64,000 nucleotides of DNA from Octopus bimaculoides (lineage: Eukaryota): the NCBI RefSeq assembly GCF_001194135.2, contig NC_068991.1, forward strand, positions 41,091,382 through 41,155,381, in the 5' to 3' direction. Below are positions 11,723-23,700 of the stretch, one piece after another. A program made the position numbers and the translations under genes. Under the pieces are notes generated by a model. The model did no database searches, had not been told where the DNA came from, and saw only the letters and a program-made list of their open reading frames with translations. Every line of letters starts with the position of its first letter. Position 1 is the stretch's first letter.

Positions 11723-14700
11723 GTAAGAGTCATTCTTCATGAATTTGTTTTAAAAGATTGTCCTTGTCTATTGTTTTTTATTACTTTGTATCCATTAAAT
11801 GTTTTTCAAAATACTTAATTCTCTTTGAGTGAAATAATGACAGAGTAGCTTCTAACCCACTGCAGGCAGTTTGGTATGTTTCTAGGCAGAATGTTGTATT
11901 CCACATTCCCTCAGTCTATCTATCAGTTATTAATCAGACCTGGAAACAGATTTGTAGTTTTATTGTGTTGATAACTTATGATTATAGGCCTTTTGCTATT
12001 AAAAGGTCAACACATTGATTCTATTTCTTGTGCCAGAGCATAGGATAAATGAATATTTATTTGGAGATGTTTTAAGTAGAACTCTACATCAGAAGAAATA
12101 AGGGCCTTGCTATAACTGATAGTCTCTACTTCATCTCATGGCACTACAGCATACATTGTCATGCTCATGTGTGTTGGATAAACCAGAAAAGAAAAACATT
12201 TAACAAACATCAATTACTAAATTTTAATTACTTTAATTACTAGAGGTAATTTTACCTCTTCAGTAACCATATTTTGTATTATGTATTTGATCTAATAATA
12301 TGTAATTTAAAATGTGATTTCAGTTAACAAAAAACGAATGTACACCTTTCAAAATAATTATGAATCTGCATTTACATATAAACACATTAAAGCATTAATT
12401 GTAAACATAAAGTTTGCTTCATTTAGAATCGCTGTCTACAATTACCCACACACATACACAGACACATGTAATGAAATTTTGTAATTTAAATGAGTTGCCA
12501 TATAGAATTTAAAAAATACACAGTTGAAGCTTATTTGCACTTGCACCAGTAGTAAACAATCTTAAAACTGATGTATAAGCACGGGCACAGCTGTGTGGTA
12601 AGTAGTTTGCTTCACAACCACATAGTTCTAGCACCTCGGGCAAGTGTTTTCTATTATAACTTCGGGCCGACCAAAGCCTTGTGAGTGGATTTGGTAGACA
12701 GAAACTGAAAGAAGCTTGTATACATATATATCTGTGTGTGTTCATGTCTGTTTGTCTCCCACCACCACTTAACAACCAGTGTTGGTGTGTTTATGTTGCT
12801 GCAACACACTTTGAGAGATCAGTTACAGAGATTGCAGCTTGCTGAATTGAATGGGTGCTAGTAAATCAGTAAAGAATTCAGCAGCACACATCCTGTCACT
12901 GCTTGGTGTTCATTGCCAAGACACCAAATTCTCAATATTTAAGTCCACCTAGTTCAGAACAGATACATTGAAGTCCAAGTGATGAGTGATTCTAGAGTTT
13001 CAATACTGATTGATATTTCTCCTAGGGTAAAAGTTACTTGTAATAGGTCAGCATCCATTCATTAACATAGACACCCCTACTTCCTAGATCCTTGAGATTT
13101 CAAAGAAAGAGTTTTATCCTAGTTTGGCAAAAGAGACTGATAGAATTAGTACCCGGCTTTAATAATAAATAAGTACTGGGGTCAATTCATTTGACTTAAA
13201 TGTTCTTCAGCATGGCCACAGTCTGAGACTGAAACAAGTAAAAGATACTGTAACCTGAACTCTAGAACAATACTGGTGCTTTCGTTTTGTGTTTTATTTA
13301 CAATGATTAAAGTTGAATTTGAATTACTAAAGAATGTGCCAATCACATCTTCTGTTCAGTTATCAAAAGTATCATGTATCAAGCACTCCACTAGACTAAG
13401 TTTGATCATGACTTCCAATAATGTTAGAATAATTTTAACTCCTAAAAGGTAGCTGACCTACTGAAGGATTTAACCCTTAAACATTCTGATTACTCTGTCA
13501 AATGTAATGCTTTTATATTCAAATTGTTTTGAATTAATCATGCATTATCTTATAGCTTTGAGGTTTCAATGATGTGATTGTTTATTTTTAGAATATCAGT
13601 GAGAGGCTAGATATGGTCAGTTTGAAAGCAAAACATGTAGAATATTTGGGCTGAATATGGCCAGTTTAAATGTTAAAGGGCTAAAAGTATGGCAAAATAA
13701 GTGGTGTCTTCATCACTCAACTTTTTTTGTTCTTAGTACAGGTCAGTTGAATGACAAAAAACCTCTGTGAACATACTTTTCTTATGCAACTATTTTCAGC
13801 ATGGTTTCCTTTGTTTATAATCTCAGTTATTCAAACAAAATACTCTTTGCTTGTCTCATTTAGATAAATGGGTGCCAATTCAATAATATGATTTTATAAC
13901 ATAATATTTGTAATTGCTAATGCTATAAATAGTAATAAAAAATAATGTTAAAATCTAACAGAATGAAATTCTAAATTCTCTTGATAGCTGGATCCAGTTC
14001 GTTTTAAACCAAAACCTCTTGATAAAGATGCCAAAGTGGTTCCGATTTCTCCAAATATGACTGTTGCTGAGTTGGCTAAAGCATTAGAAAAAGACACAGG
14101 CAAGTCAATTTTCATCTATTTTCTGTTTAATTTTATGTGAATGATTGGAACATCTTTCTTTTTACAATCTCTAATTAGCTGTTATAGTAGGGTAAAACCT
14201 GTTGTCAATGAAGCAGACTGAGGCAAGCATATTTGGGTGCTGTTGCTTTGTCTAGTTTAGGTATGGTGATCTATTTACCCCATTAGCTGTCACATTATAA
14301 TGTTCTTTACTTTATGATTCACTACCTTTATCTATACAACACACTGCATTTCAGTAGTCATTTTTCACTATGTAGACATAATCTGAAATTTGTAAATAGC
14401 CAAATCATTAGGGTACTGGCCTACTATCCAGAAGCTCAGCTCTTCATATCCAGTCGTTGCCACTGCACTTTTGCTGGTTCAGTTAAACTAACAATAAATA
14501 GGTATCATATGAAGCATAGCATATTATTATATGAAGTGGGGTAGTGGATCATTAAGTGCTAGGTTCAAGTTCTCTAGAAAGAAAATGGATACAGCCACTC
14601 ATATTTATAAGTAAGCAGTGTTGAAATAGAGTCCCAGCAAATCCATAAAGTTACTAATACTTCTAAGAATAGTATAAAGATCCTATTTCTTACAGTCTTT

Positions 14701-17700
14701 TTCTTAAAAATCTTATGAATCATGCTTACCTGAAGAAGGCAGTGAGAAACTACTCCAGTGTGTTTTCTACTAGAAATGCTCTGATATATGCAATGTCTGA
14801 TTAGAAAATGTCTTACAGACAAGTAAAATGTATGCCTAGCTAGGATAAAATTCTTTTTTTCAAATCTCAAAGATCTAGGAGGTTAGAGTGTCTATGTTTA
14901 TGGCATTAAGAAGATAGCTCTTCCTCTGGGTGGATGCTGACCTATTACAAGTAACTTTCACCCTGGGAGAAATATCAATCAGTATTGAAAGTCAAGAACC
15001 AGTCATCACTTGCACAGTTCTATTATTACTTACAGTAGTAAGGCGGTGAGCTGGCAAAATTGTTAGCATACTGAGCGAAATGCTTAGCAGCATTTCAACC
15101 ATCTTTATGTTCTGAGTTCAAATTCCACCAAGGTTAATTTTGTCTTTTATCCTTATGTGGTTGATAAATTAAGTACCAGTGAAACACTGGGGGTCGATGT
15201 AATTGACTAGCCCCCTCCCACTAAATTTCAGGCCCTGTGCCTATAGTAGATAGGAATATTACTTACAACAGTAAAATATACAACTGCAATGTATCTGTTC
15301 TGAACTAGGTGGACTTAACTGTTGCGAGTCAAGTGTCTTAGCCATGAACACCAAGCAGTGACAGCATTTGCACTGCTGTATTCTTTACTAATTTGTTGGC
15401 ACCCATTCGACTTGTCAGGGTGCACTCTTTCTAACTGATCTCACAAAGTGCTTTTTCATCTCTGAGTTGATATAAAAATATTTTTGAAAACAAGCCCTCT
15501 CTCAGTCCTACAATTTTCTAGCCCTTTAACCCTTTGGCAATCAGATTACTCTGTCAAATGTAATACTTATACAGTTACATTGTTTTGAATTAATTATCCA
15601 TTATCTTGTAGCTTCAAGATTTTGATGATGTGATCATTTATTGTTAAAGTAACATTGTAGGGTAGGTGTGAGAAGTAGAATCTGGTTGGTTTGAAAATAA
15701 AACAGCTGAAATATTTAGGCTGAATATTACCAGCTTAAATGCTAAAGGGTTAAAAATCAAATATTTCTTAAAATGATTTCTCAGTTATGATGTCTGCTTT
15801 ATTTGTTCTGCCCCAAGCAGACTTGAGACAATAATATAACTATTTTATGTTCATAATTATAGTTTCTAAGTTATATTTTTCATTAAGATTTAAACAGTAC
15901 AATTTGTACTTGTATTTTTATTATTTTTTTAAAAATAATTTTCATTGGAAAAAAAAAAATGCTGTTTGGCTTCTGATTTGCAGATCATGTTTTTGAAGCA
16001 TTAACATTTGTAAAAGATGGTGACAATTATGAATATGTTAACAATGGTAAGTGTTTCTTTTTTTTTTTAATTTATCAATATTTGAAAGGTAGCGATGTGG
16101 TTAAGAAGTTTGCTTTCTAACCAAGTAGTTTTGGATTCAGTACCATTGCAGGGCAAATGGCTTCTACTATAGCCCTGCTCTGACCGAAGCCTTGTGAGTG
16201 GATTTAGTAGACAGATGTGTGTGCGTGTTTATGTCACCTTGTCTTAACATCACATGATAGTTGTAAATGAGTGTCACTGTCACACAAGTGGTATCTTTTG
16301 TTTCCGATCTGCCATGAAAACATGTTTGAAAGCAAGTAAGGGTTGGTGTCAGGAAGAGCATCTTGTTACATAAAAATCTGCCTCAACAAATTGTCTGACC
16401 CATGGTAACATGAAACAGTAGGTGGTGGTGGTTGTTTGTTTGTTTGATTGATTGAAAAGTATTCCAAAGTTTTCTTATACAATTACTCATTCTTTTATTG
16501 TGATTTAATCAGTACATATGTAGTCGTAGGAATATTTAGGATAATGATAGGTATAGACTGTTGACTGAATCCAATTTGAGCAGGATCTTTCAGCACAGAT
16601 TCTCATTTATGCCAATTGTTTCTAAAAGATAAACTTCTCTGTTTGAAAGGCCTGTTGTTGTTTATCCTAGCTTTTAGCTCATTAAACAGTTAAAAACGTC
16701 TCTTTCGGATTGAAATGATACCCTTAGAGGCTTTTCTGAAGGAAAATTTAAAATCAGATTGTAAGCAAATTAGAATCATCATAATAACATCCATTTTTCA
16801 ATATGGCCAGATTTGGATTGGTTTTAAGTTGTGGTGTACCACCTTTGTTTGCAATCCAAAACTCAACAACTTGAGGTTCAACTTTACTACTCCTTCCATG
16901 TATATCTTTCATTTTCCATGGACAATATTCCTTCATCCAGCAAGTGTCCCATACCTACACAACTAATCTTTCCTGTACATATTTCTATACCTGTACAGCT
17001 GCCTTTCTTATGCATATCCCCTTATCAGCATAGCTGCTACCTTTCCTGCACACATTTCCATACATAGACACTTGCTTCTGTTGCACAACGCTTCATACCT
17101 GTAGAACTGGTGTGTCTCTTGCACTGTTTCCCATATCAACACAGCTGATTTCTTTGATGCAATAACACTTTTTCATCAATCATAAAAATGTTTTCCATGG
17201 TATCTGTTGACACTTAGTAAGCACAGAACATTGATATGGTGACTGATATGAACTGTTAATCCCACTAGTGTGGTAGGGAAGGATTCTAGCAGCCCAGCTA
17301 CCTTTTATTTTCCACTTGGTTATTAAACTTGCTCAACTTTCTTTTATCCTTTTAAACTTTCTAAACCTAGGTTAATCCCCTCAAAATCTAATTAATGCAG
17401 TTGCTGCTCCTCCACTGCTTATTCCTACTGTAAATCCCTTCTTGCCCTATTTCTTTCTGCAACAGTTAATCTGCAACATTTCAAACTGAACATTAACTGC
17501 TCAAAATCTACTCAGTTATTTTAGCCTCTCAGCCTAAGAAGACCTACAGGCATCTATGGGTCCTGTACACCACACATACGCACGCACGCACACACTTACT
17601 TTTCAGTGATGAATGAAGCATATCTGAAGGCATTGGTTCTTTCTGCATAATGTTTTCCTACACTAGCATATGGCAATTAATATGTGAAGTGTTGTATTGA

Positions 17701-20700
17701 AATAACCATGTACATTGATAGTACTTCAGAGAGATGAAAGGCAAAGTTCTATCTGAACAGGATTTGAAGTCATCACATAAGGGGAGGGGAGTATGAAACT
17801 AAATGCTGTAAAGTATTTAGTTCACAGTATATCTCTTGCCATTATACAATTACACCAAGATTGCTTTTCGTATATAAAAGATATATTGTAATTCAATAAT
17901 GTCTATATGTGATATAATAAAGAAACACTAGTTTATAGTGCTGTTTGAATAATAAAGAAACACTAGTTTATAGTGCTGTTTGAATCCTTCCTGTAAATAT
18001 ATGCATTTTTAGCTATGAGTAAATAATAAGCTACTGATTTGTCTGTTAGAAATAACATGTAAATCTTCCCACAAAACTATCTTAAATAAAAGATATGTTG
18101 GACTATAAAGTTCCTAATATGTAAAAAAGTCAGGATGGTTATGGCTCGAATACCTTTGAGGATAAGTCTTCATGGTTGGGGTTAACCTGAAGATAAACAA
18201 AAACATTGTGCCACATATAGAAGTTTCTCTCTTTCATATTCTTATGATTATATGTAAACTCTCCTTTATTTCTAGATTTATTTTCTTTAAAAGTAATTTT
18301 ATGGAAGTAAATATAAGGAAAATAACTTTATATTTGGGGGCAAAAAAGCTTGTACTGTCAGAGTGATTTTATATTATTTTGCATCAAATGAGTCACCAGT
18401 CAGAATATTAAATATCAAAGCACATCTTTCTGATTCTGAAGTGTACTTTTTTCTATTTCTGAAAAATACTCTTCTGTTGAAGTACATTTTACTTTTACTT
18501 TGTTTGTAGTATGGTGAGGTGTTAGTAGGCAAGGTATATTTCCCTTTCTCTGACCCATTTAAGGTGAATAAAAATAGGACATTTTAGAAAAGGAAAAATA
18601 TTACTTTGATATTTCACTTACAGAGGTTGGACAAAATAATGGAAACACCTTGCATCATTGCATCACAATTTTGAAATATCTATAAAACCGTCAAAAATTT
18701 GTTTATTTTTATGTTTTTTGATTTACTATTAGTGTTGCTTAATATGTTTTACTAAAATTGCTGTTTCTTTTCTGATATCATCAAAAAAAGGTAATTAAAA
18801 TTCATTAAAATGACAGATCTATTGGACTTTCAAAGAGATCAAATTGTTGGTGCTTGTATGGCAGGCGCTAGCATAATGAAAACAACCAAGATGTTTGGTG
18901 TATCAAGAAGTACTGTCTCAAAAGTAATGATAGCCTTTGAGAAAGAGGGAAAAATCTCCTTGTTGAAACAAAACTCTGGAAGAAAACCAAAACTTTCAGA
19001 TAGGGACTGCCGGACTCTTACGCTAATTGTTACAAAGGATCACANNNNNNNNNNNNNNNNNNNNNNNNNNNNNNNNNNNNNNNNNNNNNNNNNNNNNNNN
19101 NNNNNNNNNNNNNNNNNNNNNNNNNNNNNNNNNNNNNNNNNNNNNNNNNNNNNNNNNNNNNNNNNNNNNNNNNNNNNNNNNNNNNNNNNNNNNNNNNNNN
19201 NNNNNNNNNNNNNNNNNNNNNNNNNNNNNNNNNNNNNNNNNNNNNNNNNNNNNNNNNNNNNNNNNNNNNNNNNNNNNNNNNNNNNNNNNNNNNNNNNNNN
19301 NNNNNNNNNNNNNNNNNNNNNNNNNNNNNNNNNNNNNNNNNNNNNNNNNNNNNNNNNNNNNNNNNNNNNNNNNNNNNNNNNNNNNNNNNNNNNNNNNNNN
19401 NNNNNNNNNNNNNNNNNNNNNNNNNNNNNNNNNNNNNNNNNNNNNNNNNNNNNNNNNNNNNNNNNNNNNNNNNNNNNNNNNNNNNNNNNNNNNNNNNNNN
19501 NNNNNNNNNNNNNNNNNNNNNNNNNNNNNNNNNNNNNNNNNNNNNNNNNNNNNNNNNNNNNNNNNNNNNNNNNNNNNNNNNNNNNNNNNNNNNNNNNNNN
19601 NNNNNNNNNNNNNNNNNNNNNNNNNNNNNNNNNNNNNNNNNNNNNNNNNNNNNNNGGGGGGGGGGGTCTATATCTTGGAAATCCGCCAGCCCAATGGTTT
19701 CCCTTCATGGCAGAATTAATAGTCAAGACTAAGCATTTTATCAGATCAAATTCATCCTATGGTTGTGGAACTGTTTCCGGAGGCAAACACAATCTTTCAG
19801 GATGATAATGCACCAATTCACACAGCTATAGTTGTTACTGAATGGCATGAGGAACATTATGGTGAAGTTGAACATCTTATCTGGCCACCACAGTCCCTAG
19901 ATCTTAATATTATTGAACATTTATGGTGCATTTTAGAAAAAGAAGTAAGGAGTCGATATCTTCCACCACCATCACTACAAGAAGTGGAGACTGTTTTAGC
20001 TGAAGAATAGACAAAAATTCCTTTGGAAACAATTCAAACTTTGTATGAGTCCATACCTTGTAGAATTCAAACTGTAATCACTGCCAAAGGCAGTCCTATC
20101 CCATATTAAAAATAAACTTTTTTTGAAATTTTAAGGTGTTTCCATTATTTTGTCCAACCCCTGTATATCTGACTGCTGACTGAATGCGTTAAAGATGAAA
20201 AGTGAATTTTACAATATAATGCATCTTTGCTCCAAAATATAAATCTTTCTCTCTTCCTCTTATGTATTTAAGTATTTAAAGGTCAGACTCATAAACTGAA
20301 TGATAATTATATTTGACCTAGGTTTTTTATAAATCTGTATACTATTTTGTTTGATTCAAGATATATCTACTTAAATGAAGAGAAATAATTTGAATTTTAT
20401 TTTCCTTCTGTATCTTATCAAAGTAATTGATGATATTGAAGTAATAAAAGGTGTTGTTAAAAAGTCTGGAATGAAATGGTCACCAGCACCAAAACGGATT
20501 ACAAAGGAGAAAGAAAATAAAGACTTTGTGAGACAGTGAGTATTTAATTTCTGTTTTGACTCATAAATCTGTTTTTGTTTATTAGAAGCTCCTGAATTAT
20601 CTTCAGTTTTCTTATTTGTCTCTTTATTTCTTATTAATTGAATTGTCACTAACCTTATCCTATTAATGACAATGAGAGCTTTTTCGAGATTCATTGGTAG

Positions 20701-23700
20701 AATTGTAATCTTTCTGATTGTTCATCTAAAGTTGACTCAATCAATTATACTTGTACTCTACAAGAATTAGCTTTGTGACAAGTTGAGGGGAATTATTAAA
20801 TTGTAAACAACTAATGAAATATTTGTCTTATTAGTATATGTTTCATTAGCATACAGCTTAATAATTTATGTGAAAGCACTATTGATGGTATCATGTAAAA
20901 AGCACTCAGTACACTCTGTAAAGCAGTTGGCATTAGGAAGGGTCCAACCCATGCCAGCATGGAAAACGGATGTTAAATGATGGTGATGAATAAGTGTTGG
21001 CATGGTTGTATAGTTAAAAAAGTTTGCTTCCCAATCGTATGATTTCAGGTTCAGATTCACTGTGTGGCACCCTGTGCAAGTGTTTTCTACAATGGCCACA
21101 GGCCAACCAAAACCTTGTTAATGGATTTGGTAGACAGAAACTGAAAGAAGCCTTCATCATTTAATGTCTGTTTTCCATGCTGGGGAGCTAGAGGACTACA
21201 CCAAGTTCCTATGTCTGCTTTGGCATGGTTTCTATGACTTGATGCCTTTTTAATGCCAACCACTTTACAAAGTGTACTGGTTGCTTTTTACATAGCACTG
21301 CACCAGTGAAGTCGCTAAGTAAGTTGCAAAAGAAAGTGGGTTCATCAGGGATAGATTGGGTGTAGGGGTGAAGACATAAGTGATATGCTTTTAGGGCCTA
21401 ATTTTGGCTTAGATGGATGTCTTCTTGAGCCTTTCATTTCCAGTTTTTCATAGAAACATGTCCAGCCACAGGAAAATAATTCCTTGCTTGGAAACAAGTG
21501 AAAGTTGGCAACAGGAATCTGCCTGAATTCCATCTAACCTTTGTAAGTGGATATTAAAATGATAATGGTGATGGTGAAGAACAATAAGTATGTCTCATTC
21601 TGCTACTTCCAATGGTCAATTGTTGTTCTCATGATACTGATTTGCTACTAGTTTACAAAGAATATAAAATTATGAAGTTCAAAGGATTATAGAATATTTA
21701 GAATCAGAAGCAAGATATGGTGGACACATTCCTATGGAGGTGCAATGTTTGTAGGCTAATGAGTAAAATCTGGAATCCACGGAAACTGGTAATGGTCTGT
21801 GTTGGCAAAAATTATTCTATAGGAGAAGGTGGTGAGCTGGCAGAATTGGTAGCACACTGGGCAAAATGCTTAGTAACATTTCGTCCATCTTTACTTCCTG
21901 AGTTCAAATTCTGCTGACGTCAGTTTTATCTTTCATTCTTTCGAGGTCAATAAAGTAAGGACCAGTTGAACACTGGGAGTTGATGTAATCGACTTACCGT
22001 TTCCCTTGAATTTGCTGGCCTTGTGCCAAAATTTGAAACCAACAATTATTCCACAGGATAGATTGTAAGAGAGTTTAGTAACTTCAGTTACTGTGAGGAA
22101 TGAAGAATATATTTCACATTCTTGTTATTCTTTTGAAAGCTTTAGTGTGGACTTCATTATTGGACACCTACAAGCTGGAGAACTAGCAGAATTGTAAGTG
22201 CATTGGGAAAAATGCCTTGCAGTGTTTGTTACAGCTCTTTATATTCTGAGTTCAAATTCCACTGGGGGTAACTTTGTCTCTCATTACTCCAGGATTGATG
22301 AAATAAAATACCAATCATGTACTGGAGTCAATGGTATTGAGTAACCTCTCCCATCAAAAGTACTGGCTTTGTGTTTAAATTAGAAACCATTATTCAATGC
22401 CAATCATCAAATGCTACATATTTTCATATCTTTTTTGCTACCAGATATAGACATTAATATTTTAGTGTATTCTGAGTTGGTGAGCTACCAAAATTGTTAG
22501 CACGTTGGGGGAAATGCTTAGCAGCATTTATTCTGAGTTCTAATTCCACCAAGGTCAACTTTACCTTTCATCTTTTCAGGGTTGACAAAATAAGTACCAG
22601 TTGAGGACTGGGGTCGATGTAATCAACTTACCCACTCTCTCGAAATTACTGGCTTTGTGCCAAAATTTGAAATCAATATTTTGGTATATAATTTGAATTC
22701 TTGAGATTAAAAAAAAAAAACTATGTTATTTACCTGGACATCTTAACATTTTAGAGTGTTTTGAGAATTTCATAGTTTATGAATTATTATTATTGAATTA
22801 TGGTTCAGTATTTTACTCAATGTCTATACGATTTCAATGGTGACAGGACAGCTATGGCCAGGCAGACTAGTCTAACCCAGGGAAGCAAATTTAAAGTAAA
22901 AAATCCCACACATTAAATGAAATAATGATAATTATAATTAAAAGAAATGATCATGATTAAAGGTGGCTCAAGTGTTATTACTTTGCAGGATTACCACCCA
23001 GTAGATAAAACAGCAGTAATTAATGTCATCCCAGAAGGAGTTACTAGCTTTTTGTTTGTAATTTGTGCCTGCTGGTAGAGAAGGATTCTGTTAAGAAGAG
23101 TAGAAAGCATTGAGAGGAATCCTACCGCTCTTGTTCTATAGTCATTAGTGGATGAGAAACAAATCGCACTTGGGATAGAATGCCAATGTATCTCAAGAAA
23201 CTTTTCTTGTAAACAAATTGAATCTAGTACCTCAAGCCAATAAAACACATCAATTTTACAATAGTTTTTCAGTTTATAGCAGTGAGCTCTTCCGACCTTG
23301 TAGTTCCTGTTTAGAACTAGATAGACTGGGTTGCCTAAGATTTGAGTATTATAGTTACAGGTACAATGATGTGCCCTTTGTAGGAATACAATAATCCCTC
23401 GACTATTGTGAAGTAGAAACAGTACTGTACTGTATTTTTTTAAAATTATTTTTTAATTTGTATATATTTATTTTATTATAAATGCAAAACAACACCACAG
23501 AGGAATCAACGTAAGCTTAAATAATAAACCTTGATGGGTGAACCACGATATGGCAAGATGAATGATGTCTGTAGATGAATGATGTCTGATTACTTAGAGA
23601 TAGAAAAATTCTCCTAGAAAATATCATTTTTATGATAATTGTTTTTTATTTTATTAAATTGAGAGTGATGTGGTTGCAGAATTAGTAGTCATGAACAAAA

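Noticed and set aside
18810-19805. Long ORFs in the track spanning N runs (also 19027..19719, 19040..19726, 37635..38362, 53837..54219)
   Set aside because: Their length comes from translating Ns; only the flanking Tc1 transposase pieces are real.
20371-20694. 107-aa - strand ORF
   Set aside because: Antisense to MTIF2 exon 4 and AT-rich intron; no independent coding signal.
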